Shown: piece by piece, positions 33,671 to 45,429 of the stretch | How the letters are laid out: the number at the start of each line of letters is the position of its first letter | Position numbering within the stretch: the stretch's first letter is position 1 | NCBI RefSeq assembly: GCF_011386835.1 | Contig: NC_088797.1 | Span: 33,790,001-33,854,000, forward strand | DNA from: Chrysemys picta bellii | Lineage: Eukaryota | Reading direction: 5' to 3' | Length of the DNA: 64,000 bases | Program-made: the position numbers and the translations under genes | The notes under the pieces: model-generated | Database searches by the model: none | What the model was told of the DNA's origin: nothing | Seen by the model: only the letters and a program-made list of their open reading frames with translations

Positions 33671-35009
33671 TTTCATAGACCTGACCATCACACATGAACA
33701 ACAGATTGTTATGCCCACTTACTGAAAGATTGCACCATAAAAGTATTGCTGAAAACTATTTTTCTAGTGCAGAGTCCTTGGGGCCGCCTGCTTCTATAGG
33801 CAGAAATCGGCTACAGCATTATTGGTGTGCAAAAAACACCAGCTTCTCACCATTCACCAAACATGAAGGGCAATAACAAGAGCAGGCAAGATCTCCACAA
33901 CTCCTTGAAGTATATAAGGCCTTGCTGAACTCAGGGGAAATCCCAAGGTTTCATTTGGCCCTGCTGGTAATAGCGGAAGGATGGTTGTAGGTACTTTTAA
34001 GAGAGCCTGTGAGGTATTGGTGCATCTGATGTGTTTGGACACCGGCAGATCTTGCTTGCCTATACAGTCGGATGTTTTTCTAGCACCATAGTTTGGATCA
34101 TTGGAAGCCAACCTTGCTGGTAGGGCCCTATTGGGCCAAGTGAGCCCTTGGGAAGGAGGGATGGGGTTTGGGGTACAGCATGGCTCCAACTCCTTCATTT
34201 CCAGATTAAATTTGGTATTTCCATTCTGTTTTGTTGGTTGAGAAAGATGGCCTATTTGTGAAGTAGGCCAGCAGAAGCCATGTTTGAACACTAAGAATCC
34301 TTACCATAGCACTTCTGAGTTCCTAAGCCTATAGAACTCCTGGAGAAGGGTGCCCACCAGGGATAGTGCAGCTTCCCATGTTGCTGGTCCCAAGTCAGTC
34401 CTTGCATACTGGGATTCAGTACATTGGAAAAGGCTCCCGTTGCTTCAGGGTCCCCAAAAAATGATCTTGTGATTTGTGCTCGGCATGCTAAGAATGTCCA
34501 GTCCATGAGCAGCCAGTTACTTTCTCCTCGTTCATTATAAAACGTTGGAGACTCTCCAGAGGCACATAAATTGAAATGACTTGCCACGGCCCTCAATATG
34601 GGAGTGGAGGAATAGCAGGGCCTGGATTCTGGATTGTAGCAGGGAAGTTGAGCAATGGGGCTTGTGTGGGCTGATTTTAATCCCTTGAGCTGTTAATTCC
34701 TATGGTGTCCTCTGCATGTGGGGTTGGCTCTATGTCCTTTAGAGTATAGGGATCTAAATTATGAAATATTGGATTAGACATTTGCTTTGTGTTCAGTAAA
34801 AGTCTAGTTTCTTGTAAGTGTATTTTTTCTAAACTGCTTTAGAATTACTGCTGTTGGAACATTCCCTAGCTCCTGTCGTGTCATAAATGTAATAGTCACT
34901 TCAAGTGTTTTGCTGGTATAGACTAAAATTATGCTTATAAGAATATATCATTCTAGATTTCTGTGTGTAAGATAGTTATCTGAGCCGCTGTAGCTTTGAA
35001 TTTGCTATA

Positions 35010-35206
35010 CAGACACCCCCTGACTTACGCAATCGTTCTGTTCTGGAAAGCCTTACACAAAATTTGAGTTATGCACGTTGGAAACGTATACCCATACATT
35101 ACGCAAAAATTTCCGCAACTCGAAAATCCTATTTCTGGCTTATGGAACTTTTTCCATAAGTGTGAATTTGCGTAATTTGGGTCTTGCGTAACCCAGGGAG
35201 CGTCTG
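35010..35206. mobile_element. Tc1/mariner-pogo (Tigger-like) MITE
   Basis: TIRs CAGACACCCCCTGACTTACGCAA / TTGCGTAACCCAGGGAGCGTCTG, flanked by TA on both sides. Confidence 0.8.
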
Positions 35207-36349
35207 TAGCTATTATGTTCAACCTGAGGTCCTGCCACAGACTAAAACACTTAATTGTTTTTAGAAAAAACTAAGGGTAACCATACAGTTTCTGTAAGTG
35301 AGAGGTGAAGATACCAAATTATTAATATATGTAGACTTTAAAATAACTCTTCCCTGCACTGCAAATGAAAATGTCAGTAGATTTGGTTGTCTAGTATGAT
35401 GCAGCACAGAAAATGTGCTTTTTTTTAAATTAAAAATAAGTTGAGAAACTAGAGGTAAATCCTTCTGAAATACTGAATTTTTCAATGTAATTGTAAAGCT
35501 TACCCATACCGAGTTTCAGGATTATTAAAGTCAGAATAGTCAAGAGGCTGCTACTTTTTTCTACTTATTTGGCTTTTTAAAATATAAAAGGTGCCCAGTC
35601 TCGGTTCTAGATGTTCTGACATACTTGATTTTCACAAATATTTAAATTGATTGCTCACTCCACTGACTAAATATATTTTATTAAAGATTCTTTTGTAGAT
35701 ATTAAATACAGTCCTCTTAACCCTGTTTAAGTTTGTATTCTACAGTGTAATACCTTTGACAAACTAGAGGGTTCCAAAGCAGATTAGTTTGGATGTTTTT
35801 TTGCAAGATTAGCATGAGCTGCTGGAAGAATCTCTAGTTTGTGGATGGCTAGTAATTTCCTTCCTGAAATTTCAAGAAAACTGTATTGGTTACATGTTCT
35901 TTAATGGTACAAAATGGACTAAAGTCAACTCTGGTATGACTCCATAAACTTCAATTTGGCTCTGTGTTCTCCGAACTGAATGAGACAATATTGTAGAATT
36001 TAAGATTTTGGGAACTATTTGTGGATATTTGAGGGTATTTGTAAACAAACCTACTGAGCACATGGATTTCTTTCTGTGCCTTGATTAGATACTTGTGGGT
36101 TTTCTCTACTTTTTTTTTTTTTTTTTTTTTTTTAGAATAGACTGCAGTTTTCATAATGTAGCAGCTATGGTAAATTGGGGTAATTTAGTTGCCAGCCCGC
36201 AGTTTATTAGGAAGGCTACAATACAGACTCTGTTTATACCCAAAGTGCATTTAAGTAATAGCAGAGAGATGCGTGCATCTGTTAAGTGTTCGATCCTGTA
36301 ATAAAATGTCTTGTCTTCTTCACTGATAACCCTCTGTCTACTTTATCAG

Positions 36350-37967
36350 ACTATGCATTTGTTCACATGGAGAAAGAAGCAGATGCAAAAGTTGCCATCG
36401 AAAATCTTAACGGAAAGGAAGTGAAAGGAAGAAGAGTCAATGTGGAACTCTCTACTAATGTTCAGAAAAAGGGGGCAGGACAAAATGCCCAGGCAGGCAT
36501 CAATGCTGACAAGAGCAAGAGAGCAAGTGTGGACTTTAGAGAGAAATATCAACCCAAGATCGACGGTTACGAGCAGCTTAGGCCTACAGACTCTACATAT
36601 CCATCAGTCTCTGCAGGATACACTGCATCCTCGCTCTACGATTATCAGCAGCGCTTCGGTGGCACCAACACTTCAAACAAATACAACTCCTTTGACACTC
36701 AGACAAGGCAAGCATCTCCCTCATATTTTGGAAGGGACAGAAGCCCAATTCGACGATCACCAACAAGAATCGGTTTTGCCACTGTGTCGCTACCCATGAC
36801 AGCACAACCAGCATCCTACAGAGCTCAGCCATCAACCTCACTGGGTGCAACCTACAGAGCCCAGCCCTCTGCATCTCTCGGAATGTCTTACAGACCCCAG
36901 CCAACAACGGGACAGGCAGCATCTTACAGGGCCCAGCCCTCGACCTCACTTGGAAATACTTACAGAACCCAGTCCTCTGTTTCACTAGGAGCTTCTAATA
37001 CCCAGCCTGCAGCCTCATCACTAAATTCCTACAGCGCTCAGGCTGCTGCTGCTTACAACACCCAGGCTGCAGCTTCCCAGTTAGCCTCTTATGGGGTCCA
37101 GTCCACAGCAACACTAGCATCATCCTATGGAGCTCAGCCTTCAGCCTCGCATGCAGCCTCTTATGGTACTCAGCCTGTGGCTGGTTACTCAGCCTCCTAT
37201 GGAGCTCAGCCAACAGCCACACATGCAGCCGCTGCCTATGCAGCTCAGTCTGCAGCTGGTCACACAGCCACCTATGGAGCCCAGCCTGTGGCCACACACG
37301 CAGCCGCCTATGGAGCCCAGCCTGCAGCCAGCCACTTGGCTTCTTATGGAGCCCAGCCTGTGGACAGCCACTCAACCTCTTATGGAGCCCAGCCTGCAGC
37401 TACTCTCTCAGCCTCATATGGAGCTCAGCCAGTGGCTGGCCATTCAGCCTCATATGGCGCCCAGCCTGCAACTGCTCTCGCAGCCTCGTATGGCGCCCAG
37501 CCTGTGGCCGGTCATTCAGCCTCGTATGGCGCCCAGCCTGTGGCCGGTCATTCAGCCTCGTATGGCGCCCAGCCTACAGCTGTGCTCTCAGCAACCTATG
37601 GCACCCAGCCTGCATCCACTCTGGCTGCATCTTATAGCAATCAGTCTGCAGCAGCTTCCTACAAATCACAGGTCTCTGCTCCACTGACCACACCCTATAG
37701 AACACAGTCTTCAAACTCAATGTCAGCTTCCTATACAGCACAGCAGCCCTCCTCTGTTCCCTTGGCAGTCACTTTCAGAGCTCAGCCTGTGACCGCATAT
37801 GATGGGCCAACCCAGCTTGGACAACAAGCAACCCCGTATTTGGGACTGTCTCAGTCTTCTGCTGCTGCTGCTGCCATCGCACCACCATACGAACGCACCC
37901 GCCTTTCTCCTCCACGGAGTGCTGGCTATGACGATCCTTTCAAAAAATCATCTGCTTTGGCTAAAAG
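36350..37967 (+). CDS. RBM14: RBM14 exon 2 (end of RRM2 and prion-like S/Y/A/Q-rich domain)
   Basis: ctttatcag|AC gives [36 protein letters not shown]; [11 protein letters not shown]; YGAQP repeats; [10 protein letters not shown]; donor AAAG|gtatgc after 37967; 1618 nt. Confidence 0.95.
37081..37630 (+). repeat. Coding 36-bp (12-aa) tandem repeat, about 15 units of SYGAQP-x6
   Basis: TATGG(A/C)GC(T/C)CAGCC recurs every 36 (once 39) bp; 37489-37524 and 37525-37560 are identical. Confidence 0.9.
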
Positions 37968-39120
37968 GTATGCTGCTAAGCCAGTGATAATACTTTGCAC
38001 ATAAATAGAGCCTTTCGTCCAAGGATCTCGATGTGCTGTCCAAGGGACTAGAGGCAGTCAGACTCAATACAAGTCTATTGGTCTTCGCCTTTATAAACTT
38101 GGTTCTGCTTCACCAAAAAGTGGAAATTCCCCTGCTAATACATTACACTAACTTACTGTTCTGGAAGCATTGACAGGGTGGGAGGTGAAACTTGATGCAT
38201 TATTAAAATGACAAAATGGCTTCCCGCTCTGGCAGTAATACAGATCATTACATAGTCCCCCCGCCCCCTTACAATTTCTTTGCTTCGGGTGCGTCTGGCT
38301 AGGGTGAAGGGTGGGATAATATGCTGGTGCACCCCTCTTACTGGTCTGCAGATTCTACTGGATATTTATTTAGTGTTTTTTTTACAGTTTTGTGTGAAAG
38401 TTGCAAGATTGGCAGCCCTGGGGCCAGGAAATTTCTTCTGCCTAGGGCGTGTATACCCCAGACAATGGCATTAAAGATTTCTTGCACTCTACCACAGACA
38501 GTGTGCCTTATCCCTCACTTGGAACTACAACCCTTAGGGCTAAGATGGGGAGTTGAGTTTCTCTCACAGGTTGGCACCTCTGCTTAAACTGCGAATGAAA
38601 GACTCAAACTACTGTCAGTTGTGGTGGTGCCGTGTTGTAGGTGCCTGCTCTCTAGGAACTGGACTGAGACCACCGTTACTGACCTGGATTGGATTTTAAC
38701 CAATGTCCTCAACCCCATAAGTCGTCAGACCAGTCCTCCCTATTTTCAGTGCTTAATAAGTAAATGGGCTGCATTTGTTAAGAGAAATGGCAGGCATATC
38801 CAGCTCTTGCTTTCCCATGCGCTATTTACTTGCCTAAGAGTTGGGGGAAATTTAACATGTATATTTGAGGTATCCATCGAAGGAGGTAAAAGATAGCTAA
38901 GGAACTGTTCTGAAAAGAACTGATTAACCCACAAGTTCCTCTGGTTTGCCTTAGTGAGACATGTACTAATAGTGTTGCTCTGCGGGTATGGTCTTCACTG
39001 GAGAGATTCTGATCTCTCATGAGGGTCTCCTCAATATATATATTGCGTAACCAGGGCGGTGTTAGGCCACTATCACGGACCCTTTTGTTTTATTCATTAA
39101 ATGTCTCTTTTCTTAACCAG

Positions 39121-39328
39121 GTACAGTTCTGACCGCCGTTTATCTGACCTCTCAGATTACCGTCGTTTAGCAGACTCGCCACTTGTGTACCGTCATTCGC
39201 CGACAAAGTCCCCGCTGGATTATCGCCGTCTTCCAGAACCGCATTCCGACTATACCCGTTATTCGGGTGCCTATGGCGATTATATGCATACTGCTCGGCT
39301 ACATTCTAATTACCAGCGCCGCCTGTAG
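39121..39328 (+). CDS. RBM14: RBM14 exon 3 coding part (total protein 723 aa)
   Basis: ttttcttaaccag|; [37 protein letters not shown]-stop; TAG at 39326-39328. Confidence 0.95.
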
Positions 39329-40095
39329 TGGGGTTGGGGTTCCTGTTCCAGATGGGGGCAGTATCATTAATTACATGTTCCCCATTGGGACACGCTTTCT
39401 TAGCATAAAGCCAATCTGCGTCTTTACTAGGCTGGCTTCCTCATTCAGTTCTCTGCAGATTCTGAGTTATTAAATTTCCTTCCCTCCCATGCTATCTCAG
39501 GTGTCATTACAGCCTGTCGTTTTGGCTCTGTTCCTTCATGTCACTTGATTAAAGAATTATTTGAGGCGATAGTATGAGGCGTGTCTGAGACATGCTACTA
39601 CATCCAACACAAATAGCATTCTCCTGGTTTTTACTTTGGGGGATTTTATTTTCAGCTGCCTTTTTTGTTGCGTTTTTAGAATGATCTGAATTTATGATCT
39701 CAAGAAGAACCTGTCCTGCAACCCCAGGAACAATGTAGACGACTGCTGCACATTGTGTCTTTGAAAGTCGAAGACTCGAGTTCCTTCGTGCTCCAGTAGG
39801 GCTAAGAATGCCATAGCATATCTGGAATCGGTTTTTGTTTGCGACTCCTGATGCTAATGTCTCTATTAGTAAGACATAAGCTGCTCATGCAGGATTCCTA
39901 ATAAATGCAATTCACAATGACTGTTGCTCAGTATTGTTTTTATAACCCGAGCAATTGCTTTCTCTGAATAGAAGAGCAAATGCTCTTTTATGTAACATGA
40001 AAATCCTTTTTCTTTTTACACCGGTGTTAAGTTTGCAGTAGATGTGATGTTTGAATCTATACATCTGAAATGAGTTAGTTTTTGTATTGACTGTA

Positions 40096-40101
40096 AATAA
40101 A
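40096..40101 (+). terminator. Candidate poly(A) signal for RBM14 (another AATAAA at 39900)
   Basis: AATAAA followed by U/GU-rich sequence. Confidence 0.55.
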
Positions 40102-42653
40102 ATGGGGGCTATTTACAGTTTAGAAAGTTGTCTGGTGTATTTTTTTTTCCAGTTTAATTGGTTTCAGGAGTAATGTCCCATGTTCTTTAACTCTCTTCCT
40201 TTCATCCTAAAGGTAAATCAAAGGACTTTAATGAGTGCGTGCATACATACAGCACCACTGCAGGGCAGCCAGCTCTAGGGAAGAAATGTGGTAGCCAACT
40301 GGTGCATAATAGTAAAGAGAGCTGGAGTATTGTCCAAGAGCAGGCCAGATCTCTGTTCTTAACATGTGCTGTAAGATTTGTTGTTAAGACCATAGGTGTG
40401 CCCCTTAAGTCATATCGGAGGTCCCTGGGAGCTTATAGTTTAAACAGAAAATGTGCTTGGGAGAAGAGCAGTGGGTGACTTCATTTCCTAAAGTGGGTCA
40501 ACACCTCATCTTAATTCCCATTCCAAAGAACCTCTCCCCAGGACACTGCCTGGTACCAGATTCATCTACCTCTGCAGCGTGGAGCTCTCCATCAGCTCTT
40601 CTGGGCATTTAAACCTGCAATTTGAAGGTATTAGGTGTTTGCCATCTACATGATGCCAGAATTGAACTTCCAGTCCCTGCCCTGAATTTGTTACAGCATA
40701 AATTAGATAAACATGGAGCCTGAAACTGATAAAGGACAGGCATAGAGAAGGGAAGGACAAGGGTTAAGGAAATGTCTTGCCTTGAGAGAATGTTCTGAAT
40801 TGTCTAAGTATGGCAGAGTAGCTAGGAAGAAGCAAGTGGCCTACATGTTTAAGGGCAGACTAAAGGAATGATTTCTGAAGGACTGAAAACAGTGGGGACA
40901 GGAAAAGGATGTCTCTCTGCATGAACACTGTGATTCCACACTAGAGGTAAGGTTAGCAAGAGAGGGGTAGTGCCTCAATGTAGACACTCACTACAGCAAC
41001 CTGTGAGTGCAAGGATCAAGGAGGAGCCCCACCTTCAAGTGGATTGGGGTGGGAGTGGATTTGATCAGACGAGAATGGTTATGGCTTGCTGGACTTTAGG
41101 GGGATGTTCAAAATCCCAGCTTGCTTCCTGGACTCTTCCTGATGTTCCATCTGGCTGCACCTACCACATGACCATGATGGCAGCTACTGGGGTTAGAACC
41201 TGCTTGCTCTCTCCTGATGGTGACACCAGTGGTTTTTTTATTAGTAGCAATAATGCTGCTCTTTCTAGAAGCTCTTTGAGGAGGAGTGATTTTGATGGGC
41301 ATCTTTGTCACAGGCCAGCCAAAGTGATGACTCATTAATTTCCTTCTTTAGGATGCGAGGCATTTTAATTCTTACTATAGATTGTGTTCTTTATTGGTGA
41401 GGGCTTCTTTCCCGCTATAGGTGTCGCCTGAGTGGTAGTGAATAATTCACCTTTGTATTTACTCAGTCCCCTCCTAAACCAAGAGGACTGATAATGTGAC
41501 TTCTCATCAAGCTTCCTTTGTGTAGTCCATGAGCTGTAGCCACCTCACCAGACTGAGATTCTCTCTCCAAATTGACAAATGCAGGAGCTACCTCAACTTT
41601 TTTCTAGAAGATATATATTTTTATAGATTTGTCATTTATATCTGATTTTGAAATTGATGTGATATGCAGTTGCCTTGCCTATTGGGTTGTTTAGATTTTG
41701 CTTCACTTACTATATCCACAAATCTTTAGCCTTCCAGTATGTTGAGTGAATTTGTTGGCATTAGACTTGCCAGCGAACCTGTTAACTTCTTAAAATGCAC
41801 TTAAAAAATAAATGCAGACAGGTAAATGATTAAACTTGAGTAGGAAAACAGTTTCAGTTGGAAACTTAGATTATGGTTCAATGATTTTGTACCCAGAAAA
41901 CTTTGTGAAAATATAGCTGTGGGTGTGAACTTTTTGCAAATTTTTTAGTTTTTAGGTAACATTCTCTGCTCCATCTCAAATATCCAGTCCCTAGTACACT
42001 TGCTGTTCTGTAGCTGTTGTTGAAAGTCTGGGTTGGACATGGAAATTTAAGTTTAACATGTTATAGATTAGAAGTATTTTTTAACTTTAGGTAATTTAGC
42101 TTTGTCACTCATGCATGTAGAAAATGGTGTCTGTCCTTTGGGCAGAATTTACAGTTAGGTTATGTACATATTTCTGTTCTGAATCTAGCTCAATTTGTGT
42201 TTAAATGCTTTTTTATCATCAAGCCAAAAATCTTTCTCAACAGTTTTATAATCACTTACTACATGAGTAAGTAGCTTTGTACTGATTGTAACTGATTTTT
42301 GTGTTTTTATGTAACTAGTAACACATGGTTGAATTTTGATCTCATATACCAAAGTTTGAGGTTTTTTATTGCTGATGTGTTTATTAAAATGTCTAGAATG
42401 TTTTTTTTTGTATTGTTCTATCTGTTTGCCTTTGAATTGTGAAATTCAGTAGAAGTTCATTTATTTTTAAAGAAAATTATCTTGTGTTCTAATCCTATTT
42501 TTTTTGGGGTGGGTTAAATTTTAATTCTAATAAATGATTATTTTATTAGGGGGGGAAATTGGCAAGAGGCTGGATGTGAAAATAAGGTGACAAATTCAAA
42601 ACTGTAGTGTGGGGAAAAAATATTATCTTTTACCAGTTAGTCTGTGGAACTCA

Positions 42654-43822
42654 GGCTATGTCTACACTTAAAATGCTACAACAGCACAGCTGTGCCACTG
42701 TAGCGCCTCAATGTCGACACTCACTACAGCAACAGGAAGTATTCTGGTGCTGTAGTTAATCCACCTCCCTGAGAGGTGATAGCTAGATCAACAGACGAAT
42801 TCATCCTTTGACCTAGAGCTGTCTATACTGGGTGTTAGGTTGGCATAGCTACCTCTAAGGGACACTGGATTTTTTTCACACCCCTGAGAGATGTAGCTAT
42901 GCCAGTGTTAAGTTTTCAGCATAGACCAGCCCTAATTGTCCCAAGGCAGCATTAAGAGCAAGAGTTTGAGGCTTTAAAAAGGGATTTGACACTTACGGCA
43001 ATAATATCCATTTAAAAAATGAAATTAAAAAACATTTGAGGGATATAAGCTAATCTGCTTCAATTGGGACATAAACGAATCTTTATGCCCAAATTTGTTA
43101 GTCTCTAAGGTGCCACAAGTACTCCTGTTCTTTTTGCGGATACAGACTAACACGGCTGCTACTCTGAAACCTTTAAATATTAGGACTCAGGAAGCTTCCC
43201 CTGGAGGAGTTTCCTCCTCTTATCTCTAAGGGCTTGTCTACACTTAAAATGCTGCAGCTGCACTGCTGTAATGAAGACGCTATCTATGCCAATGGGAGAG
43301 CTTCTCCCATCACTGTAGCTGTACCAACAGGAGAAGCCCTCTCATTGACATAGCGCTATCCACACTGGGAGTTAGGTTCGTGTGGATTTTCCATGCCCCT
43401 GAGCAACATAGTTATTCCAGCATAAATTGCTTATGTAGACAAAGACTGAGGTCTGGACTACAGGTTGAAACAAGGCAGTTTATATTGACCTAACTATGGA
43501 AGTGTTTACCCGTAACTTTTGCACCAGCTGACATAACTGCCACGCAATGCCAATTCCATGAGCAGCATAGAGTCAAGGTCAATGTAGTTAGGTCGACACG
43601 GTGTCAGTGTAGATACTGCGTTGCTTATGTCAACTATTGTTAGCTTTCAGGAGCTGTCCCACAATGCCCCACACTGACAGTACAATACAAGCATTTCTGG
43701 TGAGGACGCACACCACCGACACAACGAGCAAAGTGTAGACACGCACAAGTGATATAATTAGTGCGGCGGCTGTATGCTGATGTAAGTTAGGTTGACTTAA
43801 TTATGTAGAGTAGTCATGGCCC
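42654..43822. mobile_element. Cluster of three MITEs with GG(G)CTxGTCTACAC-type TIRs (PIF/Harbinger-like), plus CR1 and Penelope-like fragments
   Basis: Elements at about 42654-42932, 43230-43446 and 43450-43822 begin GGCTATGTCTACAC, GGGCTTGTCTACAC and GGTCTGGACTAC, and end ATAGACCAGCCC, GTAGACAAAGAC and GTAGTCATGGCCC; TAA/TGA-type 3-bp flanks. Confidence 0.55.
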
Positions 43823-44409
43823 AAGTCTGCTTTTGGTTTGCAGAGAGCAGCTAGCGCTATCCAAAGAGCTTGTAAGAGCTCAAGCTTCACAGCAGAAGGT
43901 TAGGGAAGCAAAATAAACACATGAAATTGAAACACTACATGTTGATTGTATTGAAAATGATACACCTTAAAGATAGACTTTTTCACAAAATGGTGAGTTC
44001 TGGGTTTATATCCCACAGCTCAAAGGAATCTCAAGTATCCTTGCTATATATCTTTGCCTTTGTCACTGGTTCAGGGTAATTACCCTTACCTTCCAAGAAG
44101 ATGGGACCCAGACCTTTCTCTCTCTGAATCTGCTCACTACTGTCTTAAATAACTCCCTTTCCTTGAGAGCTAAGCTCATCATAACTGGCATAGACAAAAC
44201 ACATTGCTAACCTAGTACCATGAACTCTGCCTGATGTGGCTCTGTGAAGACCCGAGCTGAGAAGTGTATTCAGGTTTCAGAAAGCCTCGTGTATTTGCAT
44301 ATCTTGCAGTAGGAGACTTTTCCATTAAATAAAGGTAAGAGTATTTATCTAGTGCACGTTATCAAGTACATGCAAAAGTAACTTCTTAGCAACTAGCTTT
44401 GACAATACG

Positions 44410-44537
44410 AAGGTTTGTTACTGTCTGTGCTGGCCTTGGGACTACACCAACACTAGCCTGCTACTGCATTTTCAAGGTTTGTTACTGTCTGTGCTGGCCT
44501 TGGGACTACACCAACACTAGCCTGCTACTGCATTTTC
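44410..44537. repeat. Perfect 64-bp tandem duplication
   Basis: 44410-44473 is identical to 44474-44537. Confidence 0.95.
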
Positions 44538-45429
44538 ATGGTTCCTTCCAGCCCGTGGACCAACAGCAACTACCTTATAAACATGCTATTGTCACTGCAC
44601 ACTATGTATGAATTTTAATTCCATCAGCATCCTTTTAAATGGTCTCCAAAGGGAAAGAATGTACTTTTGAACAGAAACTTACTGGTGAACTTTTTTACAA
44701 ACTGTCTAGGAAATGACTAGAAAAGTACTAGGGTCTTGATTACTCATTGGAATGTGACCCTTTTGTGCAGAAATGTCACTTGTACTTTATGTACACCTTA
44801 TCCTGTTTGAATATAGGATGCATTTTCTGTAAAAGGTTAAACTCTTTCTTTAAATCTCCTCCTCCAGTGAGATTTGTGGAGATGAATATGTAACCAATGT
44901 GAAGGTTTATCAATACTTGATTCAGCATTTACAAAAGCTAATACACCTGCTAACCAAATCTATATGTGCTTCCAGGTGCCAGTAGTTGTATATTTATAGT
45001 AGATGCATTAATGACACACTACAGCAAGTGCTGTGACTGAAAGAAGTAATGCTGCAATGTAATTCTAAACCATTACCCTGCTGGCACTTTTTCATTATTC
45101 TGCAATGTTGCAAAGGTAGTTTCTTACATTCAAGGGGAGGAAAGAAGAAAAACAGGTTCAGTTTTTCAACTAGAGAAGGAAAGTTCCATGCTGCTGTATG
45201 CCATGGAGTACTGCCATGCAGGATCAAAGACAACCACCCTCTGCCAAAAATCACCACTGCCCCTCCACCTGAGCTGAAGGCTATAACTCTAAAGTGACTG
45301 AATTAAAATATTTTTTAAAAATTAACTATTTTCCCACTATAATTACCCTGCCTGCAGACAGTATATGGAGTAGAAGTCAGTTCAATCTTCATGGAAATCC
45401 AGCTAGAAGGAAGTTAAGGAAAATAGTTT

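Noticed and set aside
36440-37687. Overlapping alternative-frame ORFs of 119-186 aa in RBM14 exon 2
   Set aside because: Expected shadows of a repetitive coding region; no independent evidence.
37968-39120. Intronic snoRNA/scaRNA in RBM14 intron 2 or the RBM4 introns
   Set aside because: No convincing C/D box pair with terminal stem or H/ACA double hairpin by eye; an Infernal/Rfam scan would be needed.
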